From Utricularia gibba (Eukaryota; Plantae; Magnoliophyta), in assembly GCA_002189035.1 (NCBI GenBank), contig NEEC01000010.1, forward strand, positions 1,426,001 through 1,490,000: a stretch of 64,000 nt of DNA, read 5' to 3'. Both the position numbers and the translations under genes were made by a program. Below the pieces are notes generated by a model that saw only the letters and a program-made list of their open reading frames with translations, ran no database searches and was not told the DNA's origin. This document shows positions 1 through 14,139 of this stretch, piece after piece. The first letter of the stretch is position 1; each line of letters starts with the position of its first letter.

Positions 1-454
1 TGTTTCAACGGGGATTGGTAACAACATGACAATGGCTGATCCTACCCTGGCCCCTCATCATTGTGCGCCTGCTAGCACGATGATGGGGCAACAACACAAG
101 GGCCAGCCATCCGCAGCTGAAGGCATTCATATGCCTGACCCTCCCAAACTGCAAGATGCCAAATCCGAGATGAAAAAGGGACCGTTTAATGTGGTGAACG
201 CAGCAAACTCGGTTGTTCTTACAGTACAGGAAAATCCAAAAAGAAATGAACCCTTGGAGTCACAAGCACAAGCTTCTTCATCCACTCCTGCAATGAATCA
301 TGTGGCCGGACGAATGTCAGAGCTTTTAGAGGTGCGAAGTATACATATAAGGTGTTGAAAGTTTTCTTGCTTTCTCTTATCTGAATATAATGGTTTTAGG
401 CCATGGAAGAGAGCACGATGGAGAGTAGCTCGGTGAAACCGCCAGGGTCATGTT
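1..454 (+). CDS. 3' end of an unidentified protein-coding gene (partial, low-complexity C-terminus)
   Basis: The frame of ORF 26..358 is open back to the window start. There is a donor GAG|GTGCGA at 331/332 and an acceptor TTTTAG|GCC at 399/400, giving AMEESTMESSSVKPPGSC* ending at about 454. No family recognised. Confidence 0.45.
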
Positions 455-681
455 GATCACCAGCCACCATTTATCCCAGGTGTGGAACAAAAGATCGAGG
501 CCACTGAAACTCCAAATGCTAAGAACAACATATCATGTTTTATTTTATTTTTTTCAATACTAGAGGCATTTGAGTTCGAGTCGCAACTGAGTATTTTTTG
601 CTAATGCAAGGTTCAATCAAGGTACTGAATATTGCTTTCTTGTGTTCTTTTTCAGACAGAATTAGCAAAAAATACTACTTA

Positions 682-1089
682 CTAACCACCAAGTGGAGAT
701 GGCTTAGCAGCAGGCCTAACGAAGTGGCAAAGAGTAGGAGAAACAAACAAAAAAGAAAAGCATATTAGCCTTGGGATAATTTGATTCACGCACAAGACCC
801 TTGATCTTTTCTGATATATTTTATCATATTTTCCATTCAACAAAGGGAGAGGGGCACATTTGATGAGGTTTTGAAAGACGGAAGCTTCCTCGAATTCCTT
901 GTCTTCCGGTTTCTCTATGTACACTGTTTCATTTTCAATCCGAGGATTCGGAGATTCTCTGTAGAAGTCTGTGTTCTCGCGTACAGCATCTTCTGTTGCT
1001 GTTTCATCGCGGAATTTGACTGCGATTTTGTGGTGGTTGTGAGAACATTCGTCCCACGTGCCGGGCGGCGGTCCTCCTCCGTGCGCCAT
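682..1089 (-). CDS. Uncharacterised 135-aa single-exon ORF (possibly non-coding)
   Basis: ATG-initiated ORF with an E/K-rich, coding-like first 95 aa. No recognisable domain. Confidence 0.25.
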   Translation of the reverse strand: MAHGGGPPPGTWDECSHNHHKIAVKFRDETATEDAVRENTDFYRESPNPRIENETVYIEKPEDKEFEEASVFQNLIKCAPLPLLNGKYDKIYQKRSRVLCVNQIIPRLICFSFLFVSPTLCHFVRPAAKPSPLGG

Positions 1090-1333
1090 TAAGGATATGA
1101 ACGCCCTTCTCCACTCTGATTAAAAATACCAGGCAGAGACATCTCGGAAACACAACGATGGCGGCTGCTAGAACATTCCGTCCGGTACGTCTATAGAATT
1201 CCCTCAACTGTATCATTTATAGGGGAACAGTAGGAGTTAGATATGAAATGCTTCATGAAAGTAGGAAGTATGCAGTGTATAGAGTCTATGCTAAGAAAAG
1301 AACTCTTCACTTACGAGTGGGTTTTCTCAATTC

Positions 1334-2578
1334 TCATGATGTCTTCTTCACACGGTCATTTTTTCCCTGCCTTTGGTCTCCAACCATAGACTCAAAGACA
1401 CCCAGCAGCCCATCAAGGCCACCGTGGATGTCACAACCGAGCGCCTTCATTGCGTAAACAACGCTCTCGATAGTCGACAAGTAGCCTGGCTGCGGTTGAT
1501 GACGCACCTCACGGTATAAGCTCCCTTCCTGCACATCCAACTTTACATGGGGCACGAGCCTCAACCATGGGTTCTCATTGTACATTCTTCTAGCTTTTGC
1601 CCATGTTCCATCAAGCACGATCAAGTTGTTCACCTGTATTCATCATAATACATACAGCAAACAGGGGAGATGCCTTAGCGTTAACTAAACCTAAATGTAG
1701 AGTCTGCTGGTATTCTGATATGTGAGTCTGTTTTCGTTTCTTGCCGCACCTGGAAATCAATTTCCTCCAGACCAACAGATGATTCCGATGGAAACAAGAG
1801 CACTGAGCCACAAGGAACTCGGATGTCGAACTCTTCAACTTCTTCAGCACCATCTAAACCGACAAAAGGGATATAATGTGAGCACATGATATTCAAGGTG
1901 AGTAGCACTGAATTTGAATTGAAATCATATCCAAAAGTTTTCGGGTTTGCTTTGAGATATCTCCACATACATGTGGAAGTGAATCATGGTGCGAAATGGC
2001 ACATGAAACTCAGATAGAACTTTCATTTTACTACATGAATTACCTTCCAATCCTGTTTTCCGAAGCTTCTTGCCAATAAACCCTTTAGCTGCACGGCATT
2101 GCAACTCCAGCAGCTGATCCAAAGCCTTTAGTTGATTATATTCAGGTGGCACAGTCGGATCATTGATGGAACTAATGGCTCCATGCTTCTCAACAAAAAA
2201 CTGGACACCTCGCAAATTGCAAGTCACAGATGTTACGTCTCTAATCGCTTTATCACCACACTCTTCCATTAGCATTGCATCGAACAGATTCCGATCATCA
2301 CCAGATCCCTTGCCGCCCATTCCGTCGAGAAACCGAAGAACGAACCGAGCTCCTAAAGAAACATCAGAAACCAACAACACATCAACATTCTTGAGTCCGA
2401 TTTTAGCGATTCGCGCAGTGTTCAGAGGATGCTTTCGTTCTGCAGTGTGCTGTAGAATAGTGACGGCGACAGAGTTGTTGAGACTCCGTGCTGGGAACCG
2501 GGCGCATAGACAAGTTTTTATCGGTCTGGAACATGAAGCGCAGGTGGGTCTCCTGGTAGACCCGGCGCCCACAGCCAT
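1334..2578 (-). CDS. DTW domain-containing protein (tRNA-uridine aminocarboxypropyltransferase, DTWD2/TapT-like)
   Basis: Exons 2578-2044, 1853-1750 and 1633-1334 join in frame through GT-AG sites (939 nt). N-terminal CxxC-like RPTCASCSRPIKTCLC, LQHTAERKHPLNT, VLLFPS, the DGTW motif and LSTIES are all present. Confidence 0.9.
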
Positions 2579-3505
2579 TGGAGCGAAGGAAGAAGCTCTG
2601 GTTTGCAGAAATATTGGGAATTTGATGATGATGGAGGAATCGAATTTTGAAATCGTGCCCATATTCGCATTTGGATTCAACCCAATTAGGGCAAGAGCAG
2701 TAGGGCTAGGGCAAACCTATTTCTATTCTACATCTTTTTGGTAATTCATTAACTCCCCCTATTTCATCATATTTCAATTTTCGCCTCTAAAACTCGTCAC
2801 ATTTTAATATTTATAAATTCATCACTTTTTTAAATGAATATTTAAATTAAAAAAAAGTAAATATAATACTAATCTTCTCACTCATTCTTTAGTGATGATC
2901 TTTGTTCAAATTAAAGATTTTATGAATTAAACAAATACAAGTAAAGTTAAATTATATAAGAAAAGATTAATATCAATTGATTACTAATCATTTGTAATTT
3001 TTTTTATATATTTTAATATTTCACTTTTAAATATCAATGTGGTATGATTTGTTCTAATAGTTTTGACTATGTGAAGATAAATCCTAGCTTGTTTGGAGTT
3101 CAAATGTTTGTGTGGCATGGGAAGTTAAATCCTAGCTTGCTTCTTCTGATTAGTGTTTTACTTCTCAAATGGTTGCTTTCACCACTCAAGAGCCGTTGAT
3201 CCTCAAAGCTCCTTGTTGGTTGCCTTTTCACATGCACTGGTTCCTCTTCATGGTGGTATTCCATGAAGACAATGTGTGTGGTGGACGAGGTCGCGGGTTC
3301 CATGGCCATGGGCTAAATATAGGAGTTGATGATGGGGAGTTGGCATTGCGAAAAAGGTTATTGATTTTGGGAGGAGCTGCAACACAGAACAGAAATGCTT
3401 TCACCTCATTTGGGAGATGGGACGAACCTGGCTTCCCAACATAGATAAGTTTTGTCGTTTCTTCCATGCGCAGATGAGTTGAGGAGATCTACAAGTGGAG
3501 GAAGA

Positions 3506-4954
3506 ATGATGAGTTGTTTCTCTTGTTGCTTGTCGGATGAGCCGGCAAAGCAGCAGGAGTCACCCACGGCCAACAACGCTCAAGCCTTCGTTGATCCCAA
3601 CTTGCCCTTGTCTGCAATCGCAATGTTGTCCATGAAAAATGGTGTGTTTTTGTATCTTCTTCTATCCCATGATTCATGAATCATTCCAACAATCTCCTTT
3701 GGTTTGCAGAAAGCAGCAGGAGGAGATATTTGACTGAAGAGATCGAGAAACTTCGGACCAACAACATTTCTGCAGAAGCCTTCACTTTCCAGGAGCTATG
3801 TGATGCAACCCAAGATTTCAAGCCCGAAAACCTGTTGGGTGAAGGAGGGTTCGGGAAGGTATACAAGGGGCATCTTCAAAAGAAGAACATGGTATCATGA
3901 TAATCATACATTTCATTTTCCAAATAAGAACATGGTATCTGCAGAAACGTTCAATTTCCTTGTTTGTTTTTGCGGTAGAATGTGGCCGTAAAGCAACTAG
4001 ACAAAGATGGGCTGCAGGGGAACAGAGAGTTTTTAGTTGAAGTCTTGATGCTGAGTCTTCTTCATCATACGCATCTGGTTAATCTGGTGGGTTACTGCGC
4101 AGAGGAAGACCACAGGCTTCTGGTTTATGAGTATATGCCCAACGGATCCTTGGAAGATCATCTCCTAAGTATGTAAGCATAGTGTGCTTCTTTCTTAAAC
4201 AAATGTTCAATGCTTATGTTTCAGTTTTCGATCAATAATGAATACCCAGCCAGATTCAGGTACTGCGAAGAAGCTGCTGGATTGGGATACAAGGATAAAG
4301 ATTGCATCAGGAGCAGCAAGAGGGTTGGAGTACCTTCATGAAACGGCCAACCCCCCGTAATTTACAGAGATTTCAAGGCATCAAACATTCTTCTTGACGA
4401 GGATTTCAACCCGAAACTCTCTGATTTCGGGCTGGCGAGGGTCGGCCCCATGGGGAGAAAGCGCACGTCTCCACCAGAGTTATGGGAACATACGGTTACT
4501 GTGCGCCGGAGTACGCCTCCACTGGTCAGCTCTCCACAAAGTCCGACGTATACAGCTTCGGAGTGGTGTTTCTGGAGATGATCACCGGTAGAAGAGTCAT
4601 CGACAGCACGAAACCGAGCCAAGAACAAAACCTGATCGAATGGGTAAGACTTAGCTAGGAAAAAAAACACTGCGTATGATTGATTCCATGTATTAAGAAC
4701 AAGGACTGGGACTGTTCCAGGCGCAGCCATTGTTCAAAGACAAAAAGAAGTTCCACGTGATGGCGGATCCGGTGATGGATCGAAAGTACCCAGAGAAAGG
4801 ATTGTACCAAGCGTTGGCGATCGCCGCCATGTGCCTGCAGGAGGAGGCCAGCTGCCGGCCGCTGATGACGGACGTCGTGACGGCATTAGATTTCCTCTCC
4901 GGAGCCCAAAGCCAAACTGCAGACCCCGGTACAGAGGAAGACCAGAACTTGTAA
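3506..4954 (+). CDS. Receptor-like cytoplasmic kinase, RLCK-VII/PBL type (PBL23-like), with two apparent -1 homopolymer frameshifts
   Basis: Exons about 3506-3641, 3710-3891, 3979-4168, 4254-4643 and 4721-4954. Motifs [43 protein letters not shown] and [16 protein letters not shown]. The frame needs one extra C at 4351-4356 and one extra G at 4452-4455. Confidence 0.92.
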
Positions 4955-5444
4955 AGGCACCGACATTCCTTCATTACTGAATTACACTGTACATTGCATC
5001 TGCCTTTGTGAATACCCGTTTCATAGGTAAATTTAATAATATTTCCAAGCTAAAATTTTTTTATGCTTCCAAGCTAGAAAATAAGTAAATTTAATAATAT
5101 TATATTATTATATAACGATAAACACTTGAATTTCATGATACTATATATTTTGGATATTTAATTTTTATGGATTTACGTTTTTCTTATTTTTCATTTATTT
5201 TCTCAAGAGGTTACCCAACTTTACATTACTCTAAATAAAGCATGCTTAATTTTGAAGTTTTTATCAGTAATACTTCATCCTAAAAAGTTTGGTGTAAGAT
5301 TTATATAGTTATTCTACCCTCATTTCAAAAATCAAAATTGAATTATTATTAAAGAAATATGAATAAATTGGAAAAACAAAATGGCCTGATCTAGCGCTTG
5401 AAGATAAGGGCCGTTCATTTCCAGCTTGTGAAAGAAGCACTACA

Positions 5445-6064
5445 ATGGCGTCGGCAGTTGTTTCATTCGCCATATGCAACGCTGACATCTCCGCCAGACA
5501 CGCCGGGAATTCCTCTGAACCTCCTCGGGTGAGGCTGAATTCTGCATTCCTAAGGCCCTGCCGCGGTGGGAGGAGGCTGGGAGCGTGGCGTTCCACGAGG
5601 AATCTGGGTCCCAGCTCCGGTTCGAGAAGCACTTGCTGGTTCAAGTTCGGTAAAAATGGCGTCGATGCTGAGGGCGCCGGCATCTACGGCAGCCAGGGCC
5701 GCGAAGATTTCGATCGGGATGACGTCGAGCAGGTGATTCCTTCTCCGGTGCCTTTTTTTCTTCCGATTTGTATCCGCGTGTCTTATGGCGTTTTCCTGGG
5801 GGGCAGTATTTCAATTACATGGGAATTCTGGCGGTGGAGGGTTCGTATGATAAGTTGGAAGAATTGATGAACCAAAACATTCATCCGGTGGACGTTTTGC
5901 TGTTGATGGCGGCGGGTGAGGGCGACAAACCAAAGATCGAGGAATTGCTGAGAGCCGGAGCCAGTTACACCGTTGCCGACAGAGACGGGCGCACCGCCCT
6001 AGACAGGGCGGCGAGCGATGAAATCAGGGATTTCATTCTAAGCTTTTCACCTCAGAGGGCATGA
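5445..6064 (+). CDS. LTD: LHCP translocation defect protein (chloroplast ankyrin protein)
   Basis: Exons 5445-5732 and 5807-6064. The transit peptide is followed by CWFKFGKNGVDAEGAGIYGSQGREDFDRDDVEQ|YFNYMGILAVEGSYDK...GDKPKIEELLRAGA...DGRTALDRA, matching LTD/GDC1. Confidence 0.95.
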
Positions 6065-7979
6065 ACCAAGCCACTGATTTCGTGTTTTTGAGTTCTAGTC
6101 GTTTGTTTCACGGCTTTCTCGGTTCCGCCGTTGCTTTTCGCTACTCACAATGGAGTTTTTTCTTTCTTTTTTATTTAATAATAGAATTGATTCATAAGTG
6201 AAATGTTTAGGATGAATATCCAATGCTCTCATTCGTACATTCTTCCTCATACATTAAGTTAATGAATTTATATTACAAATACCTAATTTTTTCACATATT
6301 GTATAACACATGCCCAAATTTTTAATTTAATTTCAATTCCCATCATCATTTAATAGTATTGGGCTGGTGTCAGACTTTGGGTTTAGTCAATTGGCCCGGC
6401 CCGTTCCAGCCCAGCCCATATACAAGCTTCTGTTGATGAGTTATGTTGGATATTTTATAAATACATCCAAAAATGTTTTAATATAAATATTTATATAAGA
6501 TAACATTTACACTCCAGGAAATAAATTAAATTCATGATTTTTTTAAATTCTATTTAATAATTTTTATCCAAAATTTATAAAAAACTAACATTTAAATAAT
6601 TATTTTTATTTTTTGTAATATTTTTATAATGAAGACTAATTTAAGCCCAGTAACGTTGGTAAGGGGGCAGCCACCATGTTCAACATCGTAGCTTGTAAAT
6701 TATTCATAGACTCCACCTCCTCCTCTTGAGTTGACTACGGAAAAAAATTTCGCTGTTACAATTTAAAACTACAAAATGCAAAGACTCCCATGTGTCCTGT
6801 TCACTTGTCCATTTCTTTTTTTTTTTAAAGATAGTTATATATTTGACTTGCAGATGAAATAACAGCTACCACCCCTTCCTTTTTTTTAATTTTAATACAA
6901 TAATTCCCCAAGGTTTTTCTAGCGAACAAACTGCGCAATCTTCTCTGGCCTTGGATACGCTAATCATGACTCGGTATAAATTCAGATAATCATTAGGAAA
7001 AAAGAGACATAAATATGTAATAAATCTTATAATAAAGTAATGATGTTGCAAAATTGGTATATTTTGATTGTGATGACTAACTAGACATAAATCAGATTTC
7101 TTGTGGTGGGTCCAGTTCTACAATAAAATCAATATGAGATATAATTATCAATATTGTAACGATCTATTTTCATCTTATATAATATTACTCATTTTTTATG
7201 TTTAACTCTTATAATTTTACGTTGTTTACTTTCAAAAAAAATCCTATGTAAATTTAGTAAGATTTTTCTATTTAAACACATTCTCACGTTCATTCATAAC
7301 CAATATAGAATACCGTTATCAATCCTCGGCCCTTATAACTATAATTTTTTAGACAAGGAAAGGAGCATAATGAAAAATGAAAAGAACTGTAAAAATCATG
7401 TTATATGTTGCATTTTGGCTTGAAGATATAACATATGCCACTGAAAAGGGGTTTTATCCCGCATGAAAATGTAAAAAAAAGAATTAATAACTAATATTTT
7501 TTAAAAAAATCATTAAAAAATTAACACAAATGGCCTCCCCTCTCCTCTAAATTATGTTATAGTCATTGTTTAAATTATGGATTATTTGAAATCGAAGAAA
7601 TGTCAAATATTTTAAACAAATTGAATGTTCATCAGGAAAATAATTGAATAAGTTACAATTTATGAGGTATCTACAGTTATGAATGGTAGACATCAATATA
7701 TTTGATGATTTAAAATGATACAAGTTAACATTTTGTCTAATGACTCTATAAATATATTTCGTTGCAAATATTCTTTTGTTTTTTCTTTGTAATTCTAGAT
7801 ATTTAGAAAATATATCAATGATTACATCAACATGTGGATTTACTTTGAGACAAGGAGTACAATGATTTTACTTCTATTACACAAAACAGGATACATTATG
7901 GTCTCTCTAATGACTCTCTATCTGCTAGCGGGAGAGGGGGATGGTGTTCGTGTGTTAGAAAAGTGAAGGGTTGTCGCCG

Positions 7980-8626
7980 TTAGTACTTCTGCACCTTGGA
8001 CTTCTTCTTCGTGTCCCAGTAGTGAGATCCAATGGCATGACTACTAGAAGAAAAATCTCCCTGCGGGTGAGCAAAACTTGCAAGTGAGGAAGACGACGAC
8101 ACTACGCTGCAATAGGATACGAGGGACGATGATCTAAATGGCAATACCGTGGATAGTTGGAACTTGAAGGGGCTGTCTTTGTGATCTATGTACTTTGCCT
8201 TGTAAGGGATTTCCTGGGAAGATTTCACAAGACGTAAGGACAGGGTGAATGGCACGTTTGCATTCTCAGAACAAGACAAGGATGAGAAAAGATTCAAACC
8301 TTGGGGCTTGAAATAGGAGAGCTTGCGGTATCTTCCAAGTCGAAATCGAACCCCCTCTGCTTCTTGAAGCTGGTCTGTTTGTTGATGACCTGCGGCCGGG
8401 AATCGGAGCCGGAGGCGAAGTCATTCCTCGCCGATGCATACCCTTTGGTGTTCTTGGCCAGCAGCTTCTTGACTGCAGATGAAGCAGCATCTGAGACAAG
8501 AGAAGGGGTCTCATACTCAGATGATAAGTTGCTGTATTCGTAATGCTCGTAGTTGCTATCGAAATCCTGGAAGTAGTACGTCCAACTGCTTTCTTCCATT
8601 TGGGACTCGGATTTGTAGCTCTCCAT
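7980..8626 (-). CDS. Vascular-related unknown protein (VUP)-like / SOFL-like
   Basis: Exon 1 (8626-8300) has the EESSWTYYF, SLVSDAAS and LEDTASSPISSPK motifs followed by a donor GT. Downstream exon structure is uncertain, with candidate acceptors at about 8220 and 8060. Confidence 0.7.
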
Positions 8627-11600
8627 CAAGAGATGAAGTCGAGGATGAAGAGAGGAGAAGATGGAGTCCCTTTTTATAGCAGGGAGGGACACGCACATAG
8701 CTTGGGTAGCGGTTATGGTTTGAAATTGACCAACTGTTACTACTTCCACATGTTTTGGCTTTGGATTCATTTGTCTTACCCTTTTCTTCTGGCATTGACT
8801 CTTTCACCTTCACAAACTTTCTGGTTGTTTGGTGCTAAATCCAACAGCATATCCCTGCTAAAGATTAACAGACATGCAAATAGAGGATTGATCTGCTTTG
8901 CAATGTCTGGGAGTCCTTGGAAGCCATCTCCCACTCCCCACAGAATTTATTCTAGAGTATCAGAATCGGAGCAAGTAAAACTCAAAGTTGCAACTGTAGT
9001 AAAATTTAAAGCAAAGTTACACCCCAGATTATTGGTTACCTGTTCTGGGGTCTCGTCCCATGCACATCAGGAGGCAGCCAGCAAACTTGGCACCAATGAA
9101 TTATGAAGCAGTGAATGAGGAGGAGCCAATATCAAGGGCCTAGGCCATCATAAGTTTCCACGCTAACCACTTCATTAGAAAGGGACTAATGTTTACTTTA
9201 CTCTTCCAGTTACTAGTAATTTTTTCCATATGGATTTAATTAACAGTTTGACCATGCTCCCACCTTCTGCTCCAACACTCCACACCTTCTGTTTGCTGAA
9301 ATTTGCCGGGCAAATGCACCCCGATGGATTCAATCAACCCTCCTGTGCAATTTACTCATATTAACTGCACAGAAACTCAGAAGAAGCTCCTGGGGCTGTT
9401 CTAACTGGTTTTTAACGGGCTTCCAAGACACTGCCTGGTCTCAATAGTTTATGTTGCAAAACTGCGGAGCACGCATAAATACCATTCATTTGCAGATGTC
9501 AAAGGTTTGAATGATGAATAGTAAGATTGTAGTTTTTCTACCCTACCATTCTCTAGATCTCATTAACTCCTTGCTTCAGGAGTCGGAATCGGAACCCTGC
9601 CTCCCTGTATTTCTACTCTAAAGTAGTTCTTCCAGGAATCAACTCCCAATAATACCTGCTGCAACACGCAGGCAGGCTGAATGAAACTCTTCGCACCCCC
9701 AACACAATAATCTAGCAACTGCAGAGTGGCACCAGAACCTGAACAGAAAATCTTTTAATCTTGCGACCCACCCAAGCTCCCGATTGTGGCGTTTCTGAGT
9801 AGAGGTGGCTCTAACAAGTCCCTTAGGTCAACCTTTGCATAGTACGAATGCCACACTAAGATTCTGGAGATCTTGTAGCAAAAGTATTTTAATTCCTAAT
9901 TTATTATACGTGTCTGGTAATGATATAATATTATATAATCCCATTCCCACACTACGGATTCTCCATATCTTGTCCAAAATGCATCAACATCAAAAGAATA
10001 TTACTAAACTATAGACCAGTTCCGTGTTTTTAAGACATGTAGCATAAAATCAGTTTTAATATTTTATGAATATAACCAATTTCTAAATTATAAAACTGTT
10101 TTAAACAATACGTTAAAATTATATTCTAGGTTTTGTTAGATTAAATTACTGTAGACTTTAATGTGAGAATATAAATATATTTTTAGAGTGTATGAAAAAT
10201 AAATTATTTAGTTTTTATTTAATTGGAATTTAAGAGATTTAGTAATTTTTAAAATTAATCCCCAAAGTTAAATTTTTAATTTCAGATGAATATTGAAAAT
10301 TAAAAAAAATAAACAAAATCCAATGAGAGAACAAACACTAAATTTCAACCTTATGAGAAAAAAAGTATACATTAAAAAAAATTAACCCAATACCCATTAA
10401 ATAATATTTAGTTATTTAATTATGTATCCGCGTGGAGACTGTGAATCACGTGAATTATTGGACGTATTTCTAAAATGGTAGTCAAGGAGAGGGAAAAAAA
10501 TGTGTTAAATGTGGAATAGTAACATGCATTATTTAGTTTTACCCACTTTCCCATCCTATGGCTCCTTATTTTTATTTTTTTACCTTTTTTACCCGATGAC
10601 ACCTAAACAAGAATCGTCGTCACTATTTTAATAACAAGTGTTTTGACCGTCCAGTAGTTTTGACTAACAGTTAAAAAGGAATGAACTCTTGAAGTTCTTT
10701 CTTTAAAAAAAGGGTCTTTAGGTGGATAACGTATATTATATAAGGTACAGTGTGGGTGCCGTACGAGCACAGTGTTTGAAACAGAGAGCAAAATGGAGGT
10801 AAATTTATTTTAACTCCACTGACTGTACCTAAATTTATTTTTATAATTATGTTTTCTCACACTTGGTGAGCAAGCCAGGGGTTGTTGATCATTTAGTAAA
10901 AATAAAATAAAAAAAAATTATTAGCAAACTACATCCCCTTATTTTATTTCCATTTTTCAATATAAAATATGCATTTCAACAACAATTTGGGGATCACAAT
11001 AACATACTCTAATGTAGTTTTGGATGATTAAAATAAAATAAAATAAAATTAATTTTTTTAGATTTAAATAAGAAGTTGTTTGATAGTTAAGTATAAAAAG
11101 TTTATACTCAAATTTATATATATATCGTTGTTTGATTAAATATTATATATATTAGTTTTGTATCGTTATATTATTTGTATATTTATTTTTTTAACATATG
11201 AGTAATATATACAAATAGATGAAAGCGAAGTCTAATTATATCTATATTGCTTATATAATTAAATTTATATTTTGGAATATTAAACATTATATATATACTT
11301 AATTATATTATACTTACATATATTAATATGTTAATATCAAACTATCTTTAAAGGGTATGTAAAGAGATTAGTTAGTAATATTAGAACTAATATTTTTGAT
11401 AAAGTACGAAAGTAATGTAATTTTAAATAAACCTATATACATATTATTAATAATCATAAATTTGGGATTATTTAAATATACTAAATAAATATAATATAAT
11501 TCATAATTATTAATTTAAACCCTATTAATTCTGTGAACCAAACACTATCTATCTCATATAAAAAACAAAATCAAATATAATATATATTATTTAGTTAATT

Positions 11601-12942
11601 TTTTTTATATTTGATGGTGATGTCACATTTCACTGAAGTGATGAGGGGTTAATTTTTCATATTTAACAGTAAATGTTTTTTTAAAAAAAACTGTTTGTGA
11701 TATTATTTATGTGTTTTATCCTGAGGTGTTAATAATGCATTTAAGAGAATTAATTTTTTATTCTGTTGGTAATAATGAATCATGCGCGTGGGCTTGAAAT
11801 TCAGCATCTTCTATTCAATGTATTGTTAATTTTCTTGCATCTTTTTACCTGTTCGTTGAACTCATTGACTTGCCCTTTTTTTTAATGCTGATTTTCACCC
11901 CGATCATTAATAACCTAACCCTCTCTGAAATAACCAACGAGTTTCTTTTTATTATTTTAATCTATTTTTTTATATACCCAACAAGCAACTAGGCATTGCT
12001 CTTATTCAAAGGCTACGGTCGGCAGCCCACGCGACAATTGGTTCCTTTCTTGTAATTTTTTTAAATTTAAAGTACATTTTTTACAATAAGAAAATGGGTG
12101 AAATGGCACGAGCCTAAAAACTAAGGAAGCTAATTGTGGGCCCCGGACACGGAACCCCCTCCCAAATGTACTCGGTGATTTTTTTGTATATATTTATAGT
12201 AATGTGTGAATTATTAAAATAAACAATCTCAAATTTTAAATAATAAATTATAGATCATTAGTAATTGTTTGGATTTGATATTTTTTTTATCTAATTTATA
12301 TTTTTTATATAATTGAGTTTCATGCATAATAAATTTATACATAGAATTTTCAATTTCAACATAAATGATATCTAATAAAAAAAGTTTTTATTTTTGTTTA
12401 TTTTTTTTCTCTCCTCTAATCTAATATTGTCTATTTTTTTCTCATCGTTGCTTTAAAAATTGTTCATTAAACATGGAGTTAGATTAAATTCAATATAAAT
12501 AAATTGAATAATAAGTTCAATTCATTTAAATAATACTTTTAAAAATACTTTAAAACATAATTAAAAATAATTGCATACGATTTAAATTGTTATGAAAAAA
12601 AATTCTTATAAGTTTAAACTTTTTTTAAGTAATGTTTCTTATTAGCACTATACAATTTTTTTTATGTATCATAAAAATAAAAAATAAATTCTTCATCATA
12701 GGGGATGAAGAGTCAGTTAAAATTTTCAATATTATAAATGATGGTGAAAGTGGACAGTAAATTTATAGAAACATATGAGGTTTTGTAATAATGGTTGAGG
12801 TTAAAATGAGTTAAATGTGTGTCTTTTTTTTGTGAAAAACGGGTAATTAGTTTAGCATTTGGAGCCAAATTACGCACTGAGCACATCGAATTGCACTGTC
12901 GACCCTCAGCAGTGCAAATCAACTGATAAAAGCAAGAGAATC

Positions 12943-14139
<1,197 letters not shown>

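Noticed and set aside
3100-3467. Overlapping 69-91 aa ORFs between the DTW and kinase starts
   Set aside because: No recognisable motif, and the only candidate intron is 28 nt. Most simply a divergent promoter/UTR region.
5309-5683. 124-aa minus-strand ORF
   Set aside because: Antisense shadow of the GC-rich LTD exon 1.
11030-11560. AT-rich stretch with tgtttg/caaaca ends resembling a Tourist MITE
   Set aside because: The ends do not form a convincing inverted repeat and no TSD is evident.
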